From Lama guanicoe (Eukaryota), in the NCBI GenBank assembly GCA_013239625.1, contig MU053385.1:32958-96957 (forward strand): a stretch of 64,000 bases of DNA, in the 5' to 3' direction. A program made the translations under genes and the position numbers. Of this stretch, positions 11,411 through 24,350 are shown one piece after another. The notes beneath the pieces are model-generated. The model was given only the letters and a program-made list of their open reading frames with translations, was not told where the DNA came from and searched no databases. Every line of letters begins with the position of its first letter. The stretch's first letter is position 1.

Positions 11411-11857
11411 ATGCCGCCTTGCTTCTCCCACCTCTTGCATTACTCATTTCAACAAGCCTAACATTGGCTTCTTTTTCTAGCTTTGTGCTTTGCAGCAATT
11501 TAAGACACGTGGAGAACTCACGGGAGTATAACGCCCTCCGTGCTTCCTCACCCGTCTCCTCCACCCACAGCGTCTTACCCGCAGGGCCGTGATCAAAACC
11601 AGGGAACCAGCACTGGCGCAAGGCCGTCAGCTAGACTGAAGGCCCGTCAGATTCCACCAGCCTCGTCACGTGTGTCCTTCTGTCCCAGGCCCCGCGCTGC
11701 GCCCAGGCATCTGCGCCAGCCCCCTCCGGCCTGCGGGTCCTCGGTCTCTCCCAGACCTCCACGAGTGTAATGCCTCTGAAGAGCACCATCCGCCAGTTGT
11801 TCTGTAGAATATTCTTCAGTTTGTGTTTCTGTGGGGCTTCTTGTGTTTGGAATGAGG

Positions 11858-12209
11858 TGCTGAGAGCAAAAATTCAACTGAGTAAATCTGAAGCTCTAAC
11901 CACGAATCAGGCAGCTCCCATCCGGCGACAGAGGAGGCTCCTCCTCGTATCTGCCTGAAAGGCGGGCAGGGCACAGAGAAAGGAAATGACCAGCAAAGGG
12001 TGCGCTGTTGCAGGCAAGGCCCCCTCCTGAGGGGACGGAAGGGGTCGTCAGCAGGCTTCCTCTAGCGCTGCCGGGGACTCCAGGCTGACTGGTTACCGCT
12101 GCTCTCTGGGAAGGCTGGGACCGCGGTCAGGTTAGGCACTGAGTCGTGGTTTGCCCGTGGGAGCTGAGCACCCAGGACTCCATTTGGGGCCGGCTGTCTC
12201 CCCTCAGCA
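11858..12209 (-). mobile_element. 3' LTR of the provirus
   Basis: Colinear with 20772-21141 (e.g. aaaaattca[a/g]ctgagtaaatctgaag...cacgaatcaggcag); TG...CA termini; purine-tract remnant adjacent at about 12210-12220. Confidence 0.85.
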
Positions 12210-12369
12210 AGCTCCCTTCTGACGGCTCAGCTTGCCTGGGAGACGTGACCAAAGTTAGGGCATCAGCACGGGTCCCGGCTACCGCTCTGAAATTTGTGTG
12301 TTTTTGTGGCTCCTGCGTGTGGGATTCACAGGTCACGACCGCAGAGGCACAATGTTTAAGTCGATGGTC

Positions 12370-14027
12370 CTCTCTGTCCCTCTTCTGACGTCCCAGTCTT
12401 AGGACGGTCGCTTGCTTGGTGGTTAGCTGCTGCGAGTGCATATTCAAAGCCTTTGAGAGGACACAGCGGGTCAGGGACATCACCATGATCATTAGAAGCA
12501 GGATTACTTCCAGTGTCTGGAGGGCACTTTGGAGCCATGGTCCCCGAGACACAAACCGACCAGAATCACGGAAATCAAAGTCTCATGGAAGGAGCCACCT
12601 CTTCAAGCCGCGCGGCTTGCCCGGGATCTTATGTAGCTGAGTGTCAATCCCCAGAGTGAGTCTGAGCGGCAGGAGATGAGGGCCACGCGCCGCGCTCCCG
12701 GCTCAGCCAGAAGATGATCGAGACTGCCCGCCTTCAGGAGCAGCGCTGCCAGGAGTCCAGGGTGCTGGTCGGGCAGCTGTTGTCCTAGCAGGCCTGGTCC
12801 TGCGGGAGGAAAGGGTCCTGAGCCACAGTGGCCTCCGGGTGGGCCTCCCTAGCTCTGCGCTAAATCCGGGCTCGACCAACGAGGGGTCTTTATCTGTGGA
12901 AAGTTAAGTTAGATGAGCTCAGAGGCACTGTGCCAGCCATCTAGATCTGTATCCGCCCAAGACGGCCGAGAGCCGCACAGGCAGGGAGAAGCCCGGCCAT
13001 TCCCTCTCCCGCGGCGCGGCTCATGGATTTGTTCACAGAGGGTGTCGGCTGCATTTACAGTTTAAGCCGGGGCTCAGCCAGATGTTTAGCGCATTTGGCA
13101 AGAAATCTCCTTGCCTGAAACACAGAGTTGTTCGAAATACCCTGCGAGGTTCGGCTGTTGTGAGCTCTCTCGGTTGGTGGGTGCAGCTCTGATCTAGACA
13201 ATCTTTAGAACGTGGGGTGCAGACGTACTGACGTTCATTTGGGTGTTTGTGCTATCACTTGAGAAAGGTCAAAAACAAGGCACAGGCTGTCTGGCCAAAG
13301 TGTGACAGAGGAGAGCAAGCCCGCCCCCGAGCGGGTCTGTCCCTGCGGCTCCCCCATTACCACTGCGCAGTCGTGCTGGCTCCGCAGCGTCTGGAGGAGC
13401 GCTCCCAGAGCCTGGAGGGCACACGGCGCCCTTTCTCAAGGCTCTGCCTCCCAGGCTTGCCCTTTAACGGAATAGCACTTTTTTAAAAGTCAATTAATTA
13501 ATTAAAAATAATAACTAAGTAAAAGGCATACCAATTTTTCATTCATATAGACAGAAAAAGTTGCAGAGCAGGGAGTGACACTGGCCTTGCTAGAGGTTTG
13601 CAGGAACATCGTGACCAGACCCACGCATTCAGGGCGACACCAAGAGGTCGGCAGCAACCAGCCACAGCCCTCCCCTTACAGGGCAAAAGCAGCCTGAATT
13701 CAGTGCCCAGACGGCTCTCTGGGCACTGGCCCGCCATCTCCTCCGCTGCTGGCTCTTCGAATAAAGTCGCTGTTGCTTGTCCCCACGCCTTGTCGCTTGA
13801 CTCACTGGTCTGCCGTGGGGCGAGCAGAACGAGCTTGGGCTTGGGAATAGAGCTGGACTCAGCAAGAGATTTCTAGGGGAGTCGGTTGTACTTTGTGGTG
13901 ACATTTGGAATAGAAGAGACATTGGCCTTGGGGAGGCCCAGGGACGGATCAGAATCTTTGATGACAGATCCGGCAGTCTGAAAGGTTACCCTCTTAACAA
14001 AGCCTGAAGATACAGATGAGGGTGACA
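12370..14027 (-). pseudogene. env: ERV env remnant (interrupted by an LTR fragment)
   Basis: GNLSDCRICH (CxxC SU motif, about 13961-13991); LDHLLAEPG (immunosuppressive-domain-like, about 12698-12723); GPWLQSALQTLEVILLLMIMVMSLTRCVLSK (TM anchor); frameshifted. Confidence 0.8.
13560..13850 (+). mobile_element. ERV1-type LTR fragment nested in env
   Basis: AATAAA near 13760 followed by U5-like 'ggcgagcagaacgagcttgggcttgggaata'. Confidence 0.55.
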
Positions 14028-14820
14028 TGTGTTACCCACCACGACCGGCCAGTGAGTCACCAATGAGAGACAAGGTATTGGGGAAGGAATAGCAACTATT
14101 CGGAAAGCCAGCAAACCGAGAAGATGGTGGACTAGTGTCCCAAAGAACCACCTTAACTTGGGGTGGACGTCAGGCTTCTTCGATGGTGAGGGAAGGGGAA
14201 GTGGGTGGGGGTGAGGTCGGGAGATGGAAGGGCCGTGGGCTGCGGGAGGTCACAGGAGCTTTGTCCTTGGCCAGTGGACTCTGGTTGATGTTCATCTGGC
14301 GGGGACGTCCCTGCTCTGCTTCATAAGACAAATGTTAATGTTTCTTGTTCATATTTTCTTGTCACCGTGGGGGAGTTTCCAGGAAAGGGGCTCTCACATA
14401 CACTGCAGGCAAAGCTCCTTGGTGACTAACTTGTGTGCATGCAGGGCAGAGATGGATACAAGACGGAGTCAGAGACGCCGAGACTACTGGCGTGGGGGGA
14501 CACACGAGGCGGGGGGAGGCTCACCTCCTGAACGACGACTCGGCCACACCCGCCTGGCTGTCACGGGCACCCCTGGAGGAGGGACTAGGGCTGTGTCGTT
14601 GCTGAACTCCTGTCATTCCTGAACTCCTGTCATTCCTTTTCTTGTCTGACTGCTGTTCCTTGTTTCTGCCTTCCCGCATCTCCCTAATCAGTGACCCTGT
14701 GGTCCGCTCCCTGGAGCTCAGGGAGTTCTGGGAGACTGAAACCTTTCTCTACAATAAGCAGCAGGGGACACGGAGGGGCTTCGTACGGGGGGGGCCTGCA
14801 CGGCCCTGCCTGGCTTCAGG
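14028..14820 (-). mobile_element. Solo ERV1-type LTR nested between pol and env
   Basis: Starts tg(tg)ttacc, includes LTR-like 'gagagacaaggtattggggaagg...aaagccagcaaaccgagaagatggtggactagtgtcccaaagaacc' and interrupts retroviral coding remnants. Confidence 0.6.
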
Positions 14821-14999
14821 CCCGTGCCCTGGCTTCCCCTCGGTCCCGAGGGAACCGGGAGGAGCAGGAAGGGAACGAAGCTTTGGTGGAGAGGGCAGCC
14901 ATTCATCGGCAGGGGAATCAGCTTCAGGGGGACTCAGATTCAATGCCAGCGTGAGGGAGAGAATGAGAAGAAAGAGTTTCACGTTTCAGGTACAGTGTG

Positions 15000-17900
15000 A
15001 AGTCCTGACTTGCCAGTTTGCTCCGAGGCCCCGCGTCTGCACAGGACCAGCTGTCAGGTGGGGCCTTCTTTGGCGGTGAGATGTGCGTGCCAGGCTCAAG
15101 CCTCGGGCTCTGCCGCAGTGTTGGCGGGCACCAGCACTTAGTAAGTCCCCTTCCAATGACATCAAGGGCTGTCTTCCTCTGGTGAAGCTTCCAGAAGGCC
15201 CAGCCACCAGGCTCCAGACTGAGCATCGGATCCTTTGAACTAGGGCTGGGAGCGCTCCCTTGACCTGTTGGCGGTGAACTTGACTGTCAGCCACCAGAGA
15301 CTGCCAGCAGCTGTCAGACTAGGGAACGGAGCAGGATCCAGTGGGGCGGTCCTGGAAATCCTTTCCAATTCCCTGTTTTGTGTTTACTGGAAGTTGGCTT
15401 CATTCAGCCTCCATGACCTCCCCTGAGTTCCAAAGGGCAGATTCAGTCAGTTGTTAATCAGGGGAGGGAGGGAGTGCAGAGACAAGGGGGGAAGAGTCAA
15501 GACACAACAGTGCAGCCCTGGGCAGAGCCCTGCTTCCTCCTCAAGGAACATGCAGAGCAACACCTTTGAGTTCTTCTGCAGGAACCAAAGGTTAGGGTTA
15601 GGCTTAACGCAGGTGGAGGACAGTAACTGCAGGCTGAGCGCGAGATACTTGGAGCCCCGCCCTGCTCCCTCCCCCCGCAGCCAGAAGGAAGTCTGCACAT
15701 AGTGGGCAATAATGGAGACTCCGCTCCCTCTCCCCACATGACTCTCCCTTTAGACCCTTTCGTGGTCAAGCAGACTCTTTGGAATTGGCTTTTGGGCACA
15801 AGCCCACCCTCTCCCTGGGTTGTGGGTCTCCTGAATAAGGCAACCTTTCCCTTCCAACCAACACTTGTCTCCCCAGTATTGGCTTTCGAGCAGCCAGCAG
15901 CTGAACCTGAGCTCGGTAACCCGAGCGAGAGGCAGCAAGGGACCAGCAGAAGGTCGCACACCAGTGGACATCAGTCTGCGGGTGGCATCTCCTGGGCAGC
16001 GAATCTACATCTCCCAAAGTGGGTCCTGTGAACAGTCAGCAAGACCTCAGGCCAGGGGAGTCCGGCAGTTTCTGCAGTTTAGACATTCAAAGTCTGAGGA
16101 CTACCTAGTGATGGAGGGTGAGAAGGGCAGTAAGGCCCCAAGGAGTTTGCAAGGACTTCATTGAGACTTGTGTGATCTGCCCAGTGAAGTGGGTGCCTCG
16201 GTCACTGGAGATTGTGGAAGGTTCACCCCGAGTGGCAGAGAAACACATTCTCTGACAGCTTCTTTGCCACGAAGAGGGCATCACCCCTGCAGTGAGGGAA
16301 GGCATTGACCCACCAGGGAGGTATACGACTGTACAAGCACAGACTGGCAGCTGACACTGGAGGCAGTGGAATGAATCCAGCCACCGGTGTGCGCAGGGCT
16401 TGAGGGGAAGGGGTTTGAGGCTTCTGGGGACAAAGACTTTTTCGAGGGTTGTGGACCTGGCAGGTCAGACACTGATGGTAAACTGTTTTCACAGTTTTGT
16501 AGAGGTCTCCCCACCAGTGTTCATTTATAATTTGAACCATATTAAATGCATTGTGGGGGTGAAGGAAGCAGAAGCTGAAAATGGAGCTTGCCAGGGAGAC
16601 ACGAAGGACCAAGAAGCCATCGCAGGCTTCCCGCAGCCCCGACTGTTTGTTTAATTTACAGCCACTGTTTACCCATCTGAATTTCTCTGATGCTGGAGCA
16701 GGCGGTTGCCGTGTTACAAGGACACCAGGGTGGGCAAAGAGGGGCCATTTTTCACAACAACAGCAAGGACTTCCTCTGCTGGGCCACAATCTCACTGTTC
16801 TACTGCCGCTGCCTTTGCATGAAGGCCACCGGGCGCTTCCCTGACACCCAGGGTCACGCCTCTTCGTGGGACCCCAACTTTGAACACAGCAACCTCAGAA
16901 GACAAGAGGATAGCAGACAGAGCTCGTTTACGTGCGGCCCACTTTTCACGGCGGTCCCAGAGGATGAAGAAACCGCCTTTGTTTCCGTAACATCCCCAAA
17001 TCACGGGCCACCCCAAAGGCATCCTGGCTGCCAGTATGAACGTTTGCAGTGCGTCCTTCTGACAACTGGCGTGCTCGGGCGAGCGCGGGAAGCCCGCCCT
17101 CACCTGGCTGATGTGGCTGGTGGGAGGTGCCCTTCCCAGCAGGTCCTACCGGGCAGTAATAGCACAGCCAGCTAGGAAATCCCTTTTCTTGTCTGCGCAG
17201 TGTGACCCGTCAACAAACAAGTAGACCAGGCGAGGGGTGTGAACCAGGGTGTGGGGTGAGAAGCGGGACGTTTTCCCGTCCCCGCTGGCCGGCGAGGCTG
17301 GAGGGAGTCAGGATTAAGGATGTGGCAGCGTTTCGGATGCAGGCTATGAGGTGGAGCAGGAGACTGGGTTGTGGGCTGGGCTCCCTGCTGGGAAACGCCA
17401 AGTCAGCGCGGTCAGGAAGACTTTGGACGGTGTGAGAGGTCTGTAAATACCCGTCACTTCCTGGGGCCAAATCCGTCTCTACTAAGTGTGCGAGGCCGCT
17501 GCAGCCTCAGGGCGGCTGGGCCAACGCCAGTCGCAGGTCCCGTGTGTGCCTCGCCGGGAAGCAGGCCCTTGTGAACTACCGGGTCTGCGGGAGCCTCCCA
17601 GGGCCTGGCTCGCTCTCTCATGACAAATAAGGTGAAAGGTCTAGGAGAGCGGGGTGGCCCAAGGGAGAGAGGCTTGTCCTAGTCCTGGACCCCCTCTTAG
17701 GCTTATCTTCCCAGGGACAGGGCTTGGGGCCTGAAATGTCGCAACTTCACAAAGCGGGGAAGCAAACAGGGAAGTTAGCAACCCGCAGTCTACAACATCC
17801 CGGCAGGCCTAGAAATCCACGAGGCTGCCACTCAGCTGTGGGTCCAGGAAACTCCTGGATTAGTTTAACTCTTCCTGGAGACAGCTGAATTCTTTCAGGG

Positions 17901-18300
17901 CTTAAATTAGGACTCAGGTAACGAACTAGTGTCTGGAGACAATCGTAGTTATTCCTCGGAGACTCTGTCCTTTTTCAGTTAACAGTCAGCAAACAGACGG
18001 GCCCTTTTGGTCACCTCTTTGGTGACTGAGCACAGCCAGCACCTGCATCTTGTAACAGGGGTGGGACGCTGCTCCCTTCTCAGTGCAGCACTTGGGAGAT
18101 GCTGAAGAAGGCTGACAAAGGCCCGTGGCCCTGAACCACTTGGAGTCCATCAGAACATGCTACGGAGGGTGTTCAGGCTTCGAACAGCCGGGAAGCATGG
18201 AGTCACTGACTTGTCAACAGCTCTCAGAGCCCGAGGCTTCCGGACAGGCAGGACCTGCGTTGCAGGGGCTGGAACAGAGAGAGATTAGGTCTGGAGGGTG
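15000..18300 (-). pseudogene. pol: ERV pol remnant (RT, integrase)
   Basis: RT thumb-like QPRGFLGLPGCCRL (about 17780-17830); integrase HWWG..CLTCQVHNP, ISSDRGTHFTGQ, and C-terminal LEPGGWAFWKLHQRKTAL...HISPPKKAPPDSWSC; many stops and frameshifts. Confidence 0.85.
15312..15921 (+). mobile_element. Solo ERV1-type LTR inserted in the integrase remnant
   Basis: TG start, AATAAG, end 'gcagccagcagctgaacctgagctcggtaac'; integrase text continues on both sides. Confidence 0.75.
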
Positions 18301-18599
18301 GGAGGCCTCGTATGGCCGGAGGCTTTGATGGCTATGGAGGTTTAGCTGTGTCTCTGGATTTTACAGGTCCTGCCAGTGTCAGTATCAGAGGGAGCCCGCA
18401 GGTTCTCAGGCGCCTCAGCTAGTTGAGGGGACTTTTGCTGGACTTCTACCTCTTCTGTGACAAGGACAGACGGTGGGGAGCATTAAAGGCCAGGTGCAGG
18501 TCGGCCAGGAAACGACAAGGCGGCATCTCCACTGGAGGCAGAGCTATCAGCTCCTTAACTCGGGAAGGAGAGCTCCGCCTGGGCCTCCTCTCCGCGGGC

Positions 18600-20010
18600 C
18601 CGCGCCCCGTCTCCAGTAAAAGGCCCCGGAGTCACTTGCGCTGGTTGAGACAGACATTCTCTCTAACCGGGTGCCTCGCCCTGGAAGCTGTGTTTCGCTC
18701 TGAGGGATTCGCTGTCCTGGGAGGGCAGGGTTTAGGTAGGGACGGCAGCCCGAGCAGCTACTAGAGTTTGGCAAAGTTTTCCGTTACTTTTAGCTGTAGT
18801 TTCTCCCTGGCAGCAGTTTACGGAGGGTCCCTTGGGGTCCTGTCAGTCCTGGGTGGGGCCCACGTGGGGGGCCTTCCTTGGGTCAGCTGAGTGGGTGCTG
18901 AGGAATTTGCACGGGACCTTTGAGGACAACCTTTTTTGGTGCCCCAGTTGATCGCGAATGAAGTCCCATTCATGGGCCCTCATTCTGACAGTGGGCCCTG
19001 TGGAGGGCAGGTTTCTGGCCTTGGAGCATTGTAGCTGTAAGGCCACTGGTTTGAAGGACCTTTGTTTGCAACCTTGGTCCAAAGTCCTTTCAAAGTGCGT
19101 TCCATCAGCTGGGTGGCCTCCCGCCCTATTTTCTGCCTTTTGATTAACCCTCTAATCTCAGGGGATAACGCACTTATCAGCAGGGCAGCCAGCACAGGCT
19201 GGGTGCCCTCGTTCACCGTGCAGACTCGGGACACTACGGAGGAGCTCCCAGCTGCCACTGTCCGAGCTCCTTCCCGTCCGTTACAGGACCACGTTGGACA
19301 TGGCGGACCTCGAATACCACCCTCGGAAGGACGACACTCTGCTTCCGCCTCCACTTTGGGGCGCCCCTGGGCCCTCCCTGCATGTGCACAGGCTGATAAA
19401 GATCTGACAGCCCGGGTCAGAGGCCCCAGGAATGACTCTAAACCCTTCAAAAACCATCTTGGGCTCCTTCCTGGGAGCCCTAAAGGGAATGTTTGAACTC
19501 TGGCCCTTGCTTTGCTCTTTGACCGAGGAGTGAAGGGTACCGAGGAGGAAGGCCTGCAGCCTCGGGCAGCTTTCTTCTAAAAGGCACCCATGTGGTCACC
19601 TCTCCAGAGCGAAAAGGCCGTCCAGGCAGTAAAATGAGAGGCTTGGGGAGAGAAGGCTGCAGGGGAGGCCCTGCGGCCCGTCCTCTGCTGCCTCAGGCCT
19701 CCTCCTGCCTGTTTCCACCAGCCTTCTGGCTGCTTTCCAGCCTTGAGGCCTTGTGGAGGCTCCTGCACACCAGTCAAGACAGGTGTCACCTGTCTGCTCG
19801 ATTTGGGAGCCTTCACTCTCAAGTGCACCTCTGAAATGAACAATCTTGTTTAAGTGGAACGTTCCCTGTGATGGCCGCTGTAATTCCAGGTCGTTTTTAG
19901 TAATATTTTGCCAATTTGGTTGATATATATAGCTTCCATGCCCATAGTTATCAGACCTAAAATTAACAGGTGTACTGGGAGGTGGAGCACCTGACTGTTT
20001 GGAGTTCACA
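18600..20010 (-). pseudogene. gag: ERV gag remnant
   Basis: NSKQSGAPPPSTPVNF..YG...WQNITKNDLELQRPSQGTFHL (matrix-like) and capsid-like remnants near 19000-19500. Confidence 0.75.
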
Positions 20011-20749
20011 GATCCCGTGAGCTAAGGCTTCGGGTCTCTTGGAGCCTAGCTAATACTTCGCGGGGTGCGCAGCTGGGTCGGGGCCGGTGCATGCACATCA
20101 CGGTGCACTCACTGCTCCGAAGTGCCCTTCAGGTTGGCAGGTGTCCCAGAGTCAACTGAACCCCTCCTATGACCATCTTACCCTAACACACGGGCCCTTG
20201 GGTGCAACGCCTTGTGCTCTGACAGCTGTTAAGTGCTCAACCCCTGCTCCGCAATTTTTGCAGGTATTGGCCTCTGAGATCCCCATTAGCAATCACCTTT
20301 ATCTACACAAAATGAGACAAAAAAACGTGTACCTTAACACGCCAGCAGCAACCAAGAGATGCTACTGCACCCTGGCCAAGAGAAGGCCCCGTGTGCACCA
20401 CCCGCGCACATGGAACCTCGGCCTGGGGAAAGGGCTGGGTCAGCAGACCTCAACAAGGAGGCTGCAGGTGAGGGGCTCTCTCTGGACAGAACCCATGGGG
20501 GGAAATCCACACAGAAATCTGGGAACTGCAGTCAGAAAGTCTAGGGGCTTAGCTCCTGGCAGAGCTGGCTGCCAGCATGAGTGGTCCTGCCCTGTAAGCC
20601 AATTCGGTAAGGAGTGGACACAGATCTCAGAACCAAGGGCAGACTCACCACGGCCCCTGGAGACAGTGAGAGGCAGTGAACTTGAGAAGAGGCTGATGGT
20701 ACCATGATTGCGTATCTCCCTGTCCCCAAGCTGCTGGAAGTGTCTTTTG

Positions 20750-20767
20750 ATCCCACTGCTGCCACCA
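20750..20767 (-). other. Retroviral primer-binding site, tRNA-Leu type
   Basis: Minus strand TGGTGGCAGCAGTGGGAT just downstream of the 5' LTR; one mismatch to the complement of the tRNA-Leu(AAG) 3' end (TGGTGGCAGCGGTGGGAT). Confidence 0.8.
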
Positions 20768-20771
20768 AGTC

Positions 20772-21141
20772 TATTAAATAACAAAAATTCAGCTGAGTAA
20801 ATCTGAAGATCTAATTGGCTTTATTGAGCGATTCACGAATCAGGCAGTCTCTCATCCAGCAACAGAAAGGAGTTCCATGATAGCTGCAGAAAATCCAAGT
20901 TTTTAAAGGCAGGAAGGAGTGAGAAAAGGAAACTATTAGCAAGGAACACATTGCTCTAGGCGAGGCTGCCCTCTGAAGGGGAGTGGAGGCTGCTGACTCC
21001 GGAATTCCAGGTTGGCTGGTTAAAGGCCACATTCCTGGGTAGGGTTTAAACTGCAGTTAGGTTAGGTGTTAAGCTTTGGTTCGTTGCCGTGTGGCCTGAC
21101 ACCAGTGACTCCGTTTTGGGTTTGTCACCTCCTTTTTAACA
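20772..21141 (-). mobile_element. 5' LTR of the provirus
   Basis: Minus strand begins TGTTAAAAAGG, AATAAA near 20820-20825, followed by the PBS. Confidence 0.88.
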
Positions 21142-23223
21142 GAGATCATGAATTTTTGACAACAGTACTATAGACATGATGTTGGGACCTTCCCAGTGCA
21201 CCCTAACATGGAGCTCGTGACATGGACGCAAAACGTATCATATTGTGTCTACTAGCAGTGATGTTGCCCTTGGCCACTGGTGCAGACGGCATCTACTAGG
21301 GTCTCCCTGTAAAACCGCTGTGTTTTCATCATGGATAATTAATCCATTTCGAGAGTGTGCAAATCTCGTTTCTCCTCCAACTTTCTCCCGCAGTTTTCGT
21401 CCCCGTCAGTTGCTGCCCAGTGGTGGCTTTCTGTTTACCTCTCCTTCGGCACTAGGTAACTAGAACTCTGCTGTAAAGAAGAGCTTCCCTTATCTTCCGT
21501 TTACGTATTAAATCAGCCGCTTCTTTAGGTCAGTAAGGACGGAGGGACACTTACCTGCCTCTTTGGCCTACAGCCCAGTGACTCTCACTGCGTCGCTGCT
21601 GACGGTGTCCTGGCTCGTACCGCTGCGGGCTCCTGGGGTTGGCACCTACATCCTGTCCACAGCCGCGTCTGGTTTTGTTTACAGTTTGAGTGCTTCCTCG
21701 GGCTCCGGCACCTCAGGGCACTCCAGGCCCACCCTGGGGAGTCCCTGCCCTGCCCTGGCGTCAGCTGTTTCTCCAAGGAGCCTGGCTCCTTTCCTGGGCG
21801 CTGTGTGCTCCTGGCTTCCGGGCCCTCTCAGTGGAGATGGGAAATACATGCACGCGTTGTAACTGTGCACAAACATGCACCTCCATTTACCTGTATCTTT
21901 CTTAATGTATTTAAAATCCACGCGCTTCTGGTGGGAGTCCCAGTCAACAATGCAGGGCTCGTGGCCAGCCTTCCTCTTCCCTCTCCTAACTTCTTTCCCC
22001 AACAGTGAGGGTGCTTACCAGTTCTTAACTACAGAGACTCAGGCACTTGCCTAGCTGTCATATCCGGATAAAGCTGTTTCAGGACTCCCAGACCACAACC
22101 TGAGGGCGCTCCACTCACCCCAACATTCACACGTGGCCCGTTTTGCGGAGGTGTCAGCCTGCGGCGTCCAGCTTGGTGGCTGTTTCCTGGGCGACTTGGA
22201 TGGGTTCTGTCCTCCCCGCCCCCCTCGGCGGGGCTCCCTCGTCTGTGACGGACCCGTCTGTGGAGCCTGGCGTGCGCGTTGGACGCTCCCGCGGTCCTGA
22301 GCAGTGAGACTGCTTGTTTGCTTTTCGGCTAGGCGAAGCATTACTTTGGTTCCAGCAGCTGAATTTCCACAGAAGGATGGACTCTGTGAGGCGCACCCAC
22401 CCCCGGAGGTAACCAGCCTCTTCAGTTTCTGGTTTACCCTCCCAAGTGTCTTTCCCACAAAGGAGCAGACACACGTGCATTCTCTCGCGTCGCGTCTTTC
22501 TTAAAGGAGCGGAAGCGCTGAGCGTGCTTTTCTCTCACCCTCTGTGTGGAGCAGCCCTCCTCCTGCTTTTCCCAGCGCCCGGAACGCCACTGTGTGGCTG
22601 CACCACCGTCTATCCCACCTCTTTCTTAAGCTTGGACATTTAGGTTGATCCTACTGGTTTGCCATTGCAAGCCGTGTTGCAGCGAATCCCCTTGTGAATA
22701 TGTGTTTCACACTGTTTGAAGTGCATCTTCAGAGCAGATTCCTAAAAGTAGGATTGCTTGGTCAAAGTAAATGCGTATAGATTTTTGTTGGGTGTGCGCA
22801 AGTTTCCCTTCAGAACAGCACCATTTGCCTCCCTCCAGCGAAGGGCATGTGCTGGTTTCCCCGAAGCTTCACAACACAGTGTGTCGGAGTTGTAATGTCC
22901 TGCCACTTTGATAGGTGAGAAGTGGACTCTCATCTTATGTTAATTTGCATTTCTCTAATGATGAGTGAATTTAAAACTTCTTCGTATGTTTAGGGTCACT
23001 TTTTTTTAATGTGAGTTGTCTGCTCATATCTTTTCTCCATTTTCCTGTTCAGCTTTATGAGGCTTCTTGACGCCCTGGGGACGCCAGTCCCGTGTCTGTC
23101 CTGTGTGTTCCCAATATCTTCTCCCAGCTTGTCTGCTGTTTGTACTTCGTCACACAAATCTTAAACCTTTATGTAGTCAAATTTATTCACCTTTTGTTTT
23201 GTCTGGATTCTACATCTTAGTTA

Positions 23224-24350
23224 TGTTAAAGAACAAAATTCAGCTGAGCAAATTTGAAGATCTAGCTGGGGCTGTTCAGTGACGTGCGAATTGGCAGCAC
23301 ACCACCCTGCAAGGAGCAGGGCATTGGGGCGGCCAGGACAGGAGGTTCTTTAGGGTGGAGGGTTCTCAAAACACTGAAAATCAGACTGCCGTGTCACCCA
23401 GCAGTCCCACTCCTGGGTACATATCCCCAAAAAACCACAGACACTAACTTGAGAAGATGCACACACCCCAGTGTTCACAGCAGCATTATTTACAGTTGCC
23501 AACATATGGAAGCAACCTAAATGTCCATCAACAGATGACTGGATAAAGAAGATGTGCTATGTACGTATATATTTGTATTACACACTGGAATACTACTCAG
23601 CCATGAAGAAGAATGAAATATTGCCATTTGCAGCAACATGGATGGACTAGGAGGGCATTATGCTTAGTAAAATGTCAGACAGAGATAAACAAATACCGTA
23701 TGACATCACTTATAAGTGGAATCTAAAAAGTACAACAAACTAGCAAATATAACAAAAAAGAAGCAGATCCACAGAGAGAGCAAACCAGTGCTTACCAGTG
23801 GGAGAAGGGGCAGGGAGAGGAAGTGCAGGGGCAGGGGAGTGAGAGGCACAAACTGTCAGGTGTGAAGCAACCTAGGAGGGCACGTGTGCGCACGGGGAAC
23901 ACAGCCAACATTGTAGAACCGGGAAGAGCATGCCTTTAAAACCTGGGAGTCGCTACGTTGCGCACTTACAACAGATACAATATTGCACCTCAGTTATACT
24001 TCCACTTCTGTAAAGCACAAGAAAAAAGGACGCTTCTACAGACAGGAGGGTAGGGCAGAGAGGTCATTCGCCAAAGACAAGAAGGGTCACTCAGGGCCAG
24101 GACCTCTTCTTGGCGGGGGAGGGAAGAGCAGGGGGTTTTATCAGGCATAAGCCTCTGCCCCTGGGGAAGGAGTGCGCCCAAGGGCCGTTCGCCTCCTCAG
24201 CGCTGACCGGGAACTCCGGCTGGCTGACCAGATCGCATATTGCACTTCCAGGAGGCTTAGGTGCAGGTAAGTCGGGTGGGGGGAGGGGCTGGGTGTGGGT
24301 CACGGCTTTAGCGCAGTGGCGCCATCTGGGGCCTGTGCTTTCTCCCTGCG
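23224..24350 (-). mobile_element. Solo LTR related to the proviral LTRs, split by an L1 3' fragment
   Basis: tgttaaagaacaaaattcagctgagcaaatttgaagatcta matches 20772ff; LTR-like text resumes near 24030. Confidence 0.7.
23357..24025 (+). mobile_element. L1 3' end (ORF2 C-terminus and 3' UTR)
   Basis: 'cccagcagtcccactcctggg...aaatgtccatcaacagatgactggataaagaagatgtg...ccatttgcagcaacatggatggactagg'. Confidence 0.85.

Larger units (their letters stand above)
11858..21141 (-). mobile_element. Decayed class I (gamma/epsilon-like) endogenous retrovirus: LTR-PBS-gag-pol-env-LTR
   Basis: Paired LTRs at 11858-12209 and 20772-21141; Leu-tRNA PBS; gag, RT, integrase and env peptide remnants in the correct order; near-TSD gagg/gaga; the L1M-like flanks appear to rejoin across the insertion. 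Confidence 0.88.

Noticed and set aside
12127..14027. Possible domesticated env (syncytin-like) gene
   Set aside because: The env remnant is frameshifted, its motifs are corrupted and it is interrupted by an LTR.
14602..14635. Perfect 17-bp tandem duplication (ctgaactcctgtcattc x2)
   Set aside because: Simple slippage duplication inside an LTR; only two units and no spacers.
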